Source: a virus | DNA length: 57,160 bases | IMG/VR virus record: IMGVR_UViG_3300037493_005727 | Location: 133,091-190,250 of that record | Reading direction: 5' to 3' (one strand) | Shown: positions 18,417-27,900 of the stretch, in pieces | How positions within the stretch are numbered: position 1 is the stretch's first letter | How the letters are laid out: every line of letters starts with the position of its first letter | Made by a program: the position numbers and the translations under genes | Notes under the pieces: model-generated | Told to the model about the DNA's origin: nothing | The model's database searches: none | Seen by the model: the letters and a program-made list of their open reading frames with translations, nothing else

Positions 18417-21212
18417 ATGGCGGCATCAAGGCCTGTAGTACTCGTTTTCCAGGAGTTCGCGACCCTGAGCAGCACTCCGGCAACCCCGGAGTTGAACTGT
18501 CTCGTGGCGGGCCCTGGCTACTGGATTCAAGACTTCCCCGACGACCGCGCCGCCATCAAGTGGGGCGCTGCGAACGTCATTGACTACGGCTTCGCCGCAA
18601 CGGCGCCTGCGACAGGCTCCGCGACGCAGACCGTCGCCGTCGTCCGCTCGGACGCCCCGAACAACGTGAACGGCGCCGTGCTGGATCAATCCAGCGTCAA
18701 GGTCTACACCGGCCAGAGCTCCGCGAACAAGATCTACGTCGAGATGGCTTTCGGCCTGGACATGACCACCACGATCTCGCCGCTCCCCACGGCGGTCGTG
18801 TCGTCGACGGGCACGGATTTCGCCGCGGCGGGTGTTCTTCCGCTGGACACCATCGTCATCACGGACAACTCCGGTTCGACCACCATGGTTCGGACGGTAG
18901 TCTCCGTGTCCACCAACACGCTCACGCTCAACAGCGACTCGACGTTCGCTGCGACGTCGGACGCGAAGTTCCGCGTCATGCGGGCGATGCCTGAGACTCT
19001 GGTTGACCCGAGCTTCTACACCTTCATCCCTGCGACCAACAGCATCCAGGTGAACGCTCTCGCGACTCTCAACGTCGGCACTTCGCCGAAGCGGATTGTC
19101 TCCGCTGAGCTCTACGTCGGGTACCGGTCGCTGCGCCAGGACCTCGCCGACGTGAAGACCCTCGATTCGGTGAACGAGATCGAGGGACAGCTTGGCCGCA
19201 TCGACGCCCGCAACCCGCTGGCCGCGGGTGCGTTCGTTGCCCTGCAGAACACCAACACCACCGTTCAGTACTTCGGCGTAGTGACCAACGACCTCGCTGG
19301 TTTCACTTCGATGAAGGACTCGATCTCTGGGCGCAAGGACATCTACGCTGTCGTCCCCCTCTGCTCGGGACAGTTGGCAACGGACGTCCTCGCGATGCTG
19401 AAGGCGGAGTTCACCGCCCTCGCGGACCCTGACTACGCGGTGACCAACGGCGTGCCGCAGAAGTTCCGCGTCGCCGTCGGTTCGTCGGCGGCTCTTCCCA
19501 CCACGAAGACCATCATCGACAAAAACACGGACGGGAAGACGGAAGTCAACACGGCGCTCGCCGTTCCGACGACTCACCACACCCTGTCGATCCCGACCGG
19601 CGTTGCGTTCGTGACGGCGGGCGTTCTCCCCGGAGACACGCTCACCATCTCGGCGGACACCACTGTTCCCACGGCGGCGGCGGGAACGCTGACTCTGACG
19701 GCGCAGCCGACCAACGACTCCACGGTCACCATCGGGACCAAGACGTACACCTGGAAGACGGTTCTTTCCAACGTCAACGGGTACGTTCTCATTGGTGCGT
19801 CGGCGACCACCGCCATCACCAACCTGAAGGACGCCATCATGCTTACCGGCGCGCCCGGTACGCAGTACGCTGCTTCGACTACGGCGAACGGCTTCGTGAC
19901 CGCCGTGCTGGGGCCGCCGGACACTCTGGCAGCGACCGCCATCGTCCTCGGCGTCGCAGGAAACTCCATCATCACCGCGGACACGAGTTCCGTAGCGTCA
20001 TGGGGCGCTCCGACGCTGGTGGGAGGTACGGGAGCCAACCGTAACGGGAACTACGTAGTGGCGCAGGTCCTCAGCGAGACATCTCTCGAGCTGGATACCG
20101 AGCTTCTCGGCGGGATTCAGGTCAACACCGGCGGCGCGATTCTCGTCAAAGTGGGCGCGACCAACACGACCCGCATCCCGCTGACCACGGTGGCCGCTCT
20201 GGATACCGCGGTGGACGCGGAGCTGTTCCTCGATCTGTACGATCCGAACGGAACGTTCGTAGACATTGGCGTGCTGGCCAACGACCTGGTCGAAATGCCG
20301 CGCAACCCCAACCAGGACAGCTTCACGTCCATGGACAGCTGGAAGGTCGCGAGCATCGTCTCGAACCAGCGCCTGCGCATCGTCAACAACGGTCGCAGCA
20401 ACTCGTTGATTGCGAACGAGCTCCCGCACGGAGCGTCTCGCAACGCACCGGTGACGATCATCCCAGGAACGACCGCCCTGCGGTACCGCATCACTCGTGC
20501 TCTCGACAAGACGGGGCAGGTGAACTCCATCATCCAGGTCACGCAGAGCATGGCGAGCCGTCGGGTTGTCAACGTTTGGCCGGACCTCTGCGACGTCAGC
20601 GGTCTGGTCGACGGGTCGCTGCCCCGGGATCCCGCGGCTCCGACCACCCCGCAGCCTGCTGCGACCCAGCCGGGGTACTACCTCGCCTGCGCCGTCGGCG
20701 GGATGACCGCGGGTCTCCCTTCGCACCAGGGTTTCACCAACATGGGCATCGCGGGGGTCTCGAAGATCTACAACGCGAACACGTATTTTAGCGACAAGCA
20801 GATCACCGACATCAGCAACGGTGGTTGGTTCGTGTTCCAGCAGGACACGCCGCAGGCTCTGCCCTACGTGGTGCACCAGCTGACCACGGATGTCTCGACG
20901 CTCCAGTCGGGTGAGTACTCGATGGTGAAGAACTTCGACTTCGTGTCACTCTTCTTCGCGGACATCCTGGACGATTACCTGGGCATCTGGAACGTCAACT
21001 CGGAGACCATGGGCTTCGTGGGATCGTCGATTCAAGGTGGGATCGACAACCTCAAGCTCCGTCGTCGTCCGCGCATCGGAGCCCCTCTCATCGAAGGGAA
21101 GATCGTTTCCCTGAAGGTGTCCTCGGTGTCCGCAGACCGGCTCGAGATCTTCGTCGAGTGCACGTTCCCGTCTCCGCTGAACACCATCGAACTCCACCTG
21201 GTGAGCGCGTAA
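18417..21212 (+). CDS. very large structural protein (931 aa); major capsid protein of a large-phage type or tail sheath candidate
   Basis: AGGAGA RBS. The composition is beta-rich Thr/Val/Ala/Asn. It is followed by an unusually elaborate cluster of hairpins. Confidence 0.7.
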   Translation: MAASRPVVLVFQEFATLSSTPATPELNCLVAGPGYWIQDFPDDRAAIKWGAANVIDYGFAATAPATGSATQTVAVVRSDAPNNVNGAVLDQSSVKVYTGQSSANKIYVEMAFGLDMTTTISPLPTAVVSSTGTDFAAAGVLPLDTIVITDNSGSTTMVRTVVSVSTNTLTLNSDSTFAATSDAKFRVMRAMPETLVDPSFYTFIPATNSIQVNALATLNVGTSPKRIVSAELYVGYRSLRQDLADVKTLDSVNEIEGQLGRIDARNPLAAGAFVALQNTNTTVQYFGVVTNDLAGFTSMKDSISGRKDIYAVVPLCSGQLATDVLAMLKAEFTALADPDYAVTNGVPQKFRVAVGSSAALPTTKTIIDKNTDGKTEVNTALAVPTTHHTLSIPTGVAFVTAGVLPGDTLTISADTTVPTAAAGTLTLTAQPTNDSTVTIGTKTYTWKTVLSNVNGYVLIGASATTAITNLKDAIMLTGAPGTQYAASTTANGFVTAVLGPPDTLAATAIVLGVAGNSIITADTSSVASWGAPTLVGGTGANRNGNYVVAQVLSETSLELDTELLGGIQVNTGGAILVKVGATNTTRIPLTTVAALDTAVDAELFLDLYDPNGTFVDIGVLANDLVEMPRNPNQDSFTSMDSWKVASIVSNQRLRIVNNGRSNSLIANELPHGASRNAPVTIIPGTTALRYRITRALDKTGQVNSIIQVTQSMASRRVVNVWPDLCDVSGLVDGSLPRDPAAPTTPQPAATQPGYYLACAVGGMTAGLPSHQGFTNMGIAGVSKIYNANTYFSDKQITDISNGGWFVFQQDTPQALPYVVHQLTTDVSTLQSGEYSMVKNFDFVSLFFADILDDYLGIWNVNSETMGFVGSSIQGGIDNLKLRRRPRIGAPLIEGKIVSLKVSSVSADRLEIFVECTFPSPLNTIELHLVSA

Positions 21213-21233
21213 AAAATGGGTACGGAGAAGAAA

Positions 21234-21305
21234 CCCCTTTTGGGTAAGGTACCTGGAGTCTCTTACCCAAAAGGGGTACTTACCGGTAAGGCGCTCGCAG
21301 CGCGT
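21234..21305 (+). terminator. compound terminator/regulatory structure: perfect 15-bp inverted repeat, 12-bp palindrome and a GC hairpin
   Basis: CCCCTTTTGGGTAAG-13 nt-CTTACCCAAAAGGGG; then CTTACCGGTAAG; then GCGCT-CGC-AGCGC followed by TAAAAAGC. Confidence 0.55.
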
Positions 21306-21422
21306 AAAAAGCTCGAAGGTTCTCCGGGCCCTTGGGATCCCCAGCACCTGGGGACGGGGAAACCTGGAACAGCGAAACGCGGGCCAAGTTTTCTAGGGCC
21401 CGGGGAAGACAAGGAAGCTTCG

Positions 21423-21644
21423 ATGAAAAACATCATTGACGACCTCATCAAAGGCGCCCAGAACAACACCTTCGGGCGTCCGGTGAGCATCCAGCGAGGC
21501 TTCGACCCCAGCCCCCTCGACCTGGCGAAGTTCGCCGGGCAGCTGCAGGCCCTCGGGGAACAGGGTTACTCGGTAAAGCAGGCCTCGGAGTACCTGGGGT
21601 TGACTGAGCAGCAGATTCGGTACATCGTTGCTACGGTGAGGTAG
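21423..21644 (+). CDS. small protein with a possible C-terminal helix-turn-helix (73 aa)
   Basis: Track ORF 21216..21644 trimmed to the internal Met after the hairpin cluster. It contains SVKQASEYLGLTEQQIRYIV. Confidence 0.4.
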   Translation: MKNIIDDLIKGAQNNTFGRPVSIQRGFDPSPLDLAKFAGQLQALGEQGYSVKQASEYLGLTEQQIRYIVATVR

Positions 21645-21645
21645 A

Positions 21646-21921
21646 ATGTTTCGCATGGCGTACGCGCAAGGTGCTCAGGATGCGCTGCACAAGTACGCCG
21701 GTGGCGTGACGGACGCAGTCCTTCATCAGCTTCTCGCTCCGGAACACCTCAAGCGGAACATCAACGTTGCCGGGCTTGGTCTGATCGCAGCTCCCGCGAT
21801 TCACAGTTTGGTCGCGGGAGAAGACTCTGAATCCAAGGTGATGAAGACCACGAAACATCTTTCAGATCTAGCCGGTCTCGGAATGCTGATCGGTACCGAG
21901 TTCATGAAGTCGAAGCACTAG
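21646..21921 (+). CDS. hypothetical protein (91 aa)
   Basis: ORF. Confidence 0.45.
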   Translation: MFRMAYAQGAQDALHKYAGGVTDAVLHQLLAPEHLKRNINVAGLGLIAAPAIHSLVAGEDSESKVMKTTKHLSDLAGLGMLIGTEFMKSKH

Positions 21922-21930
21922 GAGACATCT

Positions 21931-22686
21931 ATGGCAACCGCACATAACGGGATCGGCATCACCAAGGGCGTAGAAAGCTGGAAGTTTCAGGAGAACTACG
22001 TCGAGCGAGAGATGGACAACGCCGCCTACTCGGCGGCCCATCCCGACGACACCCTGGTTCTCGCGGGACCTCCGCGTAAGGGGACCGTCAACGTCGCGGA
22101 GAACGGGACGGGCGTAGGAACCCTCCTGGCCATTGGGATGCTGCAGAGCATCCAGTTCACCCAGACCAAGCCGACCCAGCCGATGATGGCGATCGGCTCT
22201 GGCCGGTCGTTCTTCGTGTCGGGCAAGGCCCAGACGCAGTGGACCATCGCTCGCCTGTTCGTGAACGGGCGCAACCTTCTCCGCGTGCTGTACCACAACG
22301 CGGTCAAGACCGGGATCGAGGTCGAGAAGTTCGATGACCCCGCGGCGAAGTCGAAGGACAGCAACTTCTTCATCAACCTGGACTCGGAGCTCTACTACGT
22401 TCCGTTTGGGCTCGCATGCTTCTTCCGCAACAAGTCGCATGACCTGGTCGGCTCTTTCTACGCCGAGCTGGCGATGATCAACTCGTACGCCGTCTCGGCG
22501 AACGCGGGCCAGAACATGATTCTCGAGAACGTCTCGGGCCTCGCAGACCGCCTGATGCCCTTCGAGATGTCCCAGGTGGCGACCGGCGCGGGACAGATCC
22601 CCCGCTCCACCATTGACACGCTGCTGGACTTCGCCGGTGGAAGCCCCGCGCCTCTCGGGAACAACGTCGTCACGCAGCCCGACTGA
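21931..22686 (+). CDS. hypothetical structural protein (251 aa)
   Basis: ORF followed by a terminator. Confidence 0.6.
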   Translation: MATAHNGIGITKGVESWKFQENYVEREMDNAAYSAAHPDDTLVLAGPPRKGTVNVAENGTGVGTLLAIGMLQSIQFTQTKPTQPMMAIGSGRSFFVSGKAQTQWTIARLFVNGRNLLRVLYHNAVKTGIEVEKFDDPAAKSKDSNFFINLDSELYYVPFGLACFFRNKSHDLVGSFYAELAMINSYAVSANAGQNMILENVSGLADRLMPFEMSQVATGAGQIPRSTIDTLLDFAGGSPAPLGNNVVTQPD

Positions 22687-22708
22687 CCGTCACCAGGGTT
22701 CACTTTCA

Positions 22709-22746
22709 GGCGCCTCGGGGAACACTCCCCGGGGCGCTTTTCTTTT
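22709..22746 (+). terminator. rho-independent terminator
   Basis: GGCGCCTCGGGG-AACACT-CCCCGGGGCGC followed by TTTTCTTTT. Confidence 0.6.
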
Positions 22747-22749
22747 GGT

Positions 22750-24303
22750 ATGGTGCCTGCCATGGCAAACTCAAAGCTGCCGCAGAGCAAGAACCATGGA
22801 AGCGCTGGAGCTTCTTCTCGCGGACGGTTTCTTGACAAGAAGTCGTCGAATAAGGGGTGGGAGATCTGCTCGGTCACCAATTACTCCCCGCAAGCACAGA
22901 CCTACTCGGTTGCCGCGGGCAGCGGCGCGCTTCTCTCCGACGTCCCCCGGATGGTGAACGACCCAGGAGAAATCAGCGTTCTTCCCCGCGGCACGGAGGT
23001 CGTCATCCACTACGAGCTCAACGGACGCCCGGTCATCCTCGGCGTGCTCAAGAGCGCGGTCTCCAACGCAGTCGAAGTGAACCCCGCCAGAATCAGTGAA
23101 GTCCGCGGCGTGGGCGGTGAAGACGGCGTGTACTCGCAGGAAGGGGATACGAGCACCAGCAGCAGCCGCCCTCCGAATGACCCCGTTGACATCATCTCGG
23201 ACGACTGGCTGCGCAAGGGCAAACACAACAACTTCGTGGGCGTCTTGTCCGGGGGCACCAACATCTTGTCTTCGAGCCCCATGGCGCAGATCCGTACGCA
23301 CGGGGTCAACGACATGGTGGAGGTGTTTGCCAACGTGTACCGGCACATCTCCGCCCTCGGGAACCTGGACATCAAGAACGACGGCGGCAAGACCTCACTG
23401 ACCTGGCGCGCAGGCGCTGACCAGCTCACCGAGAACGGCGCCAACGCGGAGAACTGGACGCTGCGTCTCGACGCAGGGGCGGAGGGAGACCTCTTCCGCT
23501 TGAGTGTCACCACCCCGCACAACAACACGCTGTGCGAGGTGCACATGAGCGCCGATGGTCGCCTGTCCCTCACAGGGGTCGCCGGGGTCGACATCTCCTC
23601 GGGGACCAACGGCACTGCTCGAGAAGACGTCGCGGCGAACAAGGAAGTCTCAGTCCTTGGGGACATGGCCACGCAGGTCAAAGGGGAAGTCACGGAGACC
23701 TTCGACGCAGGAAAGACCACCCTGGTTGCAACCAACGATGAGGTGTCCGCGGGCAACGACCTAAAAGAAACCGTCGGCCATGATCGGATGACGCACATTG
23801 GAAATCGGCTAGTCACCACCGTTGAGGGTGGTGGGCCGGTTCCTCCTCCAGACACAGGCAACCTGGCGATTCTCTGGGACGCCGTCAACGGGGGCATCGA
23901 GTCCGTGACCGGCAATCCCAAGAGCGGAGGGATCCCCACTCCGAAGCAGTCACAGAACTTCGTGAACTACGCGGGGGACTTCAACTTCGCCGTTCCGTCG
24001 ACCGCGAAGTTCAACCTTCTCTCTACGGGAAATGATTCGGTGATCCTCGGCGCAGACGGCGCGGCGACTTCCACAGACCAAGGCCATACGTTCTCAGTCA
24101 CCATGCCGCCGCATCACGTCTGCATGTGGGAGGAGTTCGAGAAGTTCGCCAACGCGGTCATTGAGTGGTGCGACTCCCACGTGCACCTGACCGCGGTGGG
24201 CCCCTCGGGGCCAGCCCAAGCGGGGGCTACAGGGCCTCTGACGGCGAAGGCCAAGGACAAGATCCCTCCTGTCAAAAGCACCCGCGTACTCGTCGGAGCC
24301 TAA
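22750..24303 (+). CDS. large structural protein (517 aa), baseplate or tail-spike-like beta-rich protein
   Basis: Long ORF directly after a terminator and a T-rich GGTATGG element. Confidence 0.6.
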   Translation: MVPAMANSKLPQSKNHGSAGASSRGRFLDKKSSNKGWEICSVTNYSPQAQTYSVAAGSGALLSDVPRMVNDPGEISVLPRGTEVVIHYELNGRPVILGVLKSAVSNAVEVNPARISEVRGVGGEDGVYSQEGDTSTSSSRPPNDPVDIISDDWLRKGKHNNFVGVLSGGTNILSSSPMAQIRTHGVNDMVEVFANVYRHISALGNLDIKNDGGKTSLTWRAGADQLTENGANAENWTLRLDAGAEGDLFRLSVTTPHNNTLCEVHMSADGRLSLTGVAGVDISSGTNGTAREDVAANKEVSVLGDMATQVKGEVTETFDAGKTTLVATNDEVSAGNDLKETVGHDRMTHIGNRLVTTVEGGGPVPPPDTGNLAILWDAVNGGIESVTGNPKSGGIPTPKQSQNFVNYAGDFNFAVPSTAKFNLLSTGNDSVILGADGAATSTDQGHTFSVTMPPHHVCMWEEFEKFANAVIEWCDSHVHLTAVGPSGPAQAGATGPLTAKAKDKIPPVKSTRVLVGA

Positions 24304-24307
24304 AAAA

Positions 24308-24331
24308 CAGCGCCCCCGTGAGGAGGCGCTG
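24308..24331. terminator. bidirectional GC hairpin terminator between convergent genes
   Basis: CAGCGCC-10 nt-GGCGCTG. It is preceded by AAAAAA on the top strand, which gives a T-run for the leftward gene 24334..24777. Confidence 0.55.
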
Positions 24332-24333
24332 CC

Positions 24334-24777
24334 TTACTTCAGGTTCACTTGGCCCACGCCGCCAACCAATATCCCAGCGCTGAAAATTGCGAGGGGCGGT
24401 TTGTCTCCAACGAACAGGCGGAACTCGGGCTCGGGTAACTTCTTGGTGACTACGTCGTAGATGGAGGGGTGGATAAACGCTACCCCTGAATCGGCGATCA
24501 ACTTGATGAGCGCCACTCCGTCTTCGGGGTTCGTCCAGCGGATCCCTTGCGCGTATTCTCCTTCGCCAGGGGGTACGCCGGATCTCCAGGTGACGGCGCC
24601 ATCAATCGCTTCTTCCCATTGTTTGATCCCTGGGTCGAATAGAGCGACAGGCAGTTCCAAGGCGAACCACTTGGAGTAGAGCAGGACAAGGTGGTTTTTG
24701 TCCCCAGCGAGTCTAGCTACCGTGGGCTTCTTTTTAGTTAACCCCCGGAGCAGTTCTACGTCGCTTGATGTGATCAT
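24334..24777 (-). CDS. hypothetical protein (147 aa), moron island gene 3
   Basis: Reverse-oriented ORF inside the structural block, in a lower-GC segment. Confidence 0.5.
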   Translation of the reverse strand: MITSSDVELLRGLTKKKPTVARLAGDKNHLVLLYSKWFALELPVALFDPGIKQWEEAIDGAVTWRSGVPPGEGEYAQGIRWTNPEDGVALIKLIADSGVAFIHPSIYDVVTKKLPEPEFRLFVGDKPPLAIFSAGILVGGVGQVNLK

Positions 24778-25069
24778 CGAAACTCAATACGTTTTTCGTA
24801 AGATGCTCTTCGCAGTTCTCTTCGTTGCATTTCTCACCTCGGACACTTACTGCGTAGTGGTGGTAGTTGACAGCCGTGTCATCGGCGACGTGCTCGATGA
24901 AGTGCTTTTGTTTTTGATGCAAGAGGTACATGGAATTGAGATCCAGGACCCCTGGGGCCACCGTGGAGATGGCCTCGTCCAACTTGTCCGGGAAGGCGGT
25001 GTACGTCAACCCCTCGGGCATCTCTTCTTCTGCTACCGACACAAGCAACAGCAGCCATTTCTTCGCCAT
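24734..25069 (-). CDS. hypothetical protein with a hydrophobic N-terminus (111 aa), moron island gene 2
   Basis: Its N-terminus is MAKKWLLLLVSVA. It lies in the AT-richer segment and overlaps the downstream gene by 44 nt. Confidence 0.45.
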   Translation of the reverse strand: MAKKWLLLLVSVAEEEMPEGLTYTAFPDKLDEAISTVAPGVLDLNSMYLLHQKQKHFIEHVADDTAVNYHHYAVSVRGEKCNEENCEEHLTKNVLSFDDHIKRRRTAPGVN

Positions 25070-25121
25070 CAGTTCTCCATGTTGTGAGAGGAGCCTGTGA
25101 TGGTGATCGATACTTCTACGA

Positions 25122-25472
25122 CTAGGCGATACGCAAGTGCGGGAAGTATCCTTTCGCGTTCGTATCCGCGTTGTTCGTTCCCCCCGTGATGGTGGTGATG
25201 ACCTTCGTCATCTCGTGTAGATCTACTTCTCCTACCGCAAGACCGCAGCGGTCGTATTTGAACTTTTCAGCGACGTACGCTACCGCGAGAAATCCCTTCT
25301 CTCGGAAGTAGTGCGCCGTGCCGAGCAGCGGAAACGAGACCAACCACGATCCGCCGATGCTTTGAAACTGGTCGGGCATCTTCACGCCGACCGCTTCGTA
25401 TCTTGTACCGTTGCCCGGTTGATGGACGACTTTGACAAAGTCCGGCCCAACGTTGTGGACTTCAGTGCTCAT
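25122..25472 (-). CDS. hypothetical protein (116 aa), moron island gene 1
   Basis: The ATG at 25472 lies 20 nt downstream of a copy of the leftward promoter-like motif. Confidence 0.5.
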   Translation of the reverse strand: MSTEVHNVGPDFVKVVHQPGNGTRYEAVGVKMPDQFQSIGGSWLVSFPLLGTAHYFREKGFLAVAYVAEKFKYDRCGLAVGEVDLHEMTKVITTITGGTNNADTNAKGYFPHLRIA

Positions 25473-25489
25473 AGGTGTCTCCGGCTAAG

Positions 25490-25524
25490 GTGGTGGTGGT
25501 TCAAACGGCTTATACCCTACGCGG
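25490..25524 (-). promoter_or_regulatory. copy 8 of the repeated promoter-like intergenic motif (GGGTATAAG...TTTGAACC)
   Basis: In gene sense it reads TAGGGTATAAGCCGTTTGAACC, matching the core of the motifs at 48.6 kb and 45.7 kb. Confidence 0.4.
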
Positions 25525-25566
25525 TAGGAGTTTTCCGAGGCACCCTTCACGTGGTACCTTGAGCGC

Positions 25567-25857
25567 ATGCCCTGGGGAAACGACTTTCCATTCGCAGAAC
25601 TGGCGCAGAAGCTCATCGAGACTCACCTACGCGCTGAACGCGTTCGTCTTGCACAGCGTCTCCAGGCGTTGGAAGCTCGCGCGGCGACCCAGGGGCTCAA
25701 AACAAAAGACCTCCGAGATCTTCGAAAATCGCTACAACAATCTACCCTTCTGGCTCCGGATCGGGTAGACAAAGAACTCGTTTTACCGCGTAAAGCCGCA
25801 GGCGTGTGGCGTCGGCGGTATCTTTCAACGAAATCCCGGCCCGGGAGTGTCTTCTAA
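25567..25857 (+). CDS. hypothetical protein (96 aa)
   Basis: The ORF ends in a TAATG overlap with the next gene. Confidence 0.4.
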   Translation: MPWGNDFPFAELAQKLIETHLRAERVRLAQRLQALEARAATQGLKTKDLRDLRKSLQQSTLLAPDRVDKELVLPRKAAGVWRRRYLSTKSRPGSVF

Positions 25858-27614
25858 TGGCGTGGCAAACCTTCGAGCTCCCAAAGATCCCCAGCGGACT
25901 CGGGACGGCCGTTGATGGTCTGAAGACTATCGCGTCTACGTCTTCAGAAGCGTTGAAGCTGGTCAAGAGTCTCGTTGAGGCTCTTGGCGCTACGGCGACT
26001 ACGAGCTTGTCCGCGTCTCAAATAGCGATCAACACGGCGGTGGCGACAATTCAGGCCGCGGTGAAGGCGTTGACCGAAGACACCGGGGTGTACGTGCTGC
26101 TCGTCCCTCCTCGGAGCAAGGTCATCATTCCCGAAGCCGTCAAAGCGGTGCTTGCTCCCTCTCTGTTCATCGCTCCGACTCCTGAGGGGTTGAAGACGCA
26201 AGCTATGTTCGCGGGGCAGCCGACCACTGTACAAGAGAATGCCATCCTCCGAGGCCTGTTCTCCGCCACCGGCGGAAACGCGGGATTCGTAAGGCAGGTC
26301 ACCGAATCTTTCGATGATCTTGGTGACGACAATCGGCCGCAGCTCGGGAAGACTGACGCCGTCGCAGGAATCTACATCGTAGCTGGCGCGGAGAACATCG
26401 CTTCCATCATTCCGTTCACCAACGGGATGTCGTCTCTCCTTGCTCCCGGCAAGCCCACGGCGCTCGACGCCCCAGCTCTTCCGACGCCGCAGAATCTCCG
26501 GGCGAAGGCGGTCAACGGACCCGCGGTCAGCTTGAAATGGGACTACCAGCCGCCCACGGTCGAGATTCCGGCCTTGGGGACCTTTGCGTCGGTGACGGAG
26601 GTGGCGATCATCAAGTCCACTTCCGTGAAGACGCTGTCCGCGACTACCAGCCAGGGGTTGTTTGGGACGACCCAGCTCCGCGTCGGAACGAAGACCGGGG
26701 ATGGAAAAACTGAAGTAGTGGCGATCATACCGCATACCGGGGTCGACTTCAAAAGCGTCGCCATCGACTCTACTGAGCACAAACCTGGAGTGGGCTATTA
26801 CTACGCCGCGAGCTACCACGTGAAGCTGGGGACCTCGAAGGAGCTGGCTTCAGGCGGCGGCTCTGATCTTGGGTTCCTCCGCCTCTCGAACGTGGCGAAG
26901 GTGTACTACCCGAACACCAATTACGGTACTCCACGAAGCATCACAGGTGTTCCCCCGGACTGGTACAGAACTCCGAGAACAATCGACCTATTCCCAGCGG
27001 TCGGTGATCTCTTGAGTCAAGTGGTAAGCCTCACCGCGCAGCTTGGAAACACGACCAAAGGGTACAGTGACCTCCTTAAGGCGAACGTCAAAGTCGTCGA
27101 GCAGCAGATTCTGGGGTACACGGATCTCGCAGCTCGGCTGTCCGCCGCGGCAGCGTCTATCGCGTCTTTCTCCACTATCGATCTCGGTACCGTCAGCTCC
27201 AGAGCGTTCGCAGGCACTGGAGGGGTGGACTTCGTCAAGAAGGACCTCGTAAAGGCGTTCGGTGACACGTCGGACCCCAATCGCCCTCCGTTTGACAACA
27301 ACGAATTCGTTACCGGCGTCGTCATCCTGGCAACCACGCCAAACGCGGTGGCCTTGCTGGAGCAGCTCTTGGGAAGCATCAGTTCGGGCGCCAGCGCCGT
27401 AGCGCTTGCGCTAGAAAAGATCGATGTTGTTCTCACAAACATCGAAGCCGCGGTGTTCAACGACGACATGTCCCCGCACGCGGCGGTCCCAGTTCCAAGC
27501 ACGAGCGCCACCTCTTCGGCAGCGCTGACGTCGTTGGTTGGCGAACAAGCGGGCTACTGCTATCACTCGTACGAACCCAATGTGGAGTTCGACGACAACC
27601 TGAATCCGATCTAA
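25857..27614 (+). CDS. large structural protein (585 aa) with an FN3-like segment
   Basis: Track ORF 25806..27614 with its start moved to the ATG coupled to the upstream stop. It has an Ala/Thr/Ser-rich helical N-terminus and a beta-sandwich-like middle. Confidence 0.6.
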   Translation: MAWQTFELPKIPSGLGTAVDGLKTIASTSSEALKLVKSLVEALGATATTSLSASQIAINTAVATIQAAVKALTEDTGVYVLLVPPRSKVIIPEAVKAVLAPSLFIAPTPEGLKTQAMFAGQPTTVQENAILRGLFSATGGNAGFVRQVTESFDDLGDDNRPQLGKTDAVAGIYIVAGAENIASIIPFTNGMSSLLAPGKPTALDAPALPTPQNLRAKAVNGPAVSLKWDYQPPTVEIPALGTFASVTEVAIIKSTSVKTLSATTSQGLFGTTQLRVGTKTGDGKTEVVAIIPHTGVDFKSVAIDSTEHKPGVGYYYAASYHVKLGTSKELASGGGSDLGFLRLSNVAKVYYPNTNYGTPRSITGVPPDWYRTPRTIDLFPAVGDLLSQVVSLTAQLGNTTKGYSDLLKANVKVVEQQILGYTDLAARLSAAAASIASFSTIDLGTVSSRAFAGTGGVDFVKKDLVKAFGDTSDPNRPPFDNNEFVTGVVILATTPNAVALLEQLLGSISSGASAVALALEKIDVVLTNIEAAVFNDDMSPHAAVPVPSTSATSSAALTSLVGEQAGYCYHSYEPNVEFDDNLNPI

Positions 27615-27623
27615 GGAGGCACA

Positions 27624-27884
27624 ATGCGAAAAATGTTCGACTACAGCTGTGAGGCTTGCGGGCACCAGTTCGAGGCCTTGGTGGAAGGGGAGAACGAAGT
27701 CGAGTGCCCAGAGTGTGAAGAGAGTCCTGCGACGAGGCGGCTCTCTGGGGGGCACCAGTTCGTGGTCATCAAGGCAACCACGCTGACCTCGAAGAAGTAC
27801 AAGGCGGGCTACCAGCACAGCCACACGAACCGGCCTAAGGAGAAAATCTCCGTACAGGTTCCAGCTGCCCCGAAGACCCCGTAG
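27624..27884 (+). CDS. FmdB-family-like zinc-ribbon protein (86 aa)
   Basis: AAGGAGG RBS. It contains YSCEACGHQFE...ECPECE, as in the CxxCGHxFE...CPxC regulatory zinc-ribbon family. Confidence 0.5.
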   Translation: MRKMFDYSCEACGHQFEALVEGENEVECPECEESPATRRLSGGHQFVVIKATTLTSKKYKAGYQHSHTNRPKEKISVQVPAAPKTP

Positions 27885-27900
27885 AGCCTATACTCCCCCC

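Noticed and set aside
21216-21422. N-terminal 69 aa of track ORF 21216..21644
   Set aside because: This stretch is a translation of the palindromic terminator cluster (PLLGKVPGVSYPKGVLTGK mirrors the inverted repeats). The gene is more likely to start at the internal Met at 21423.
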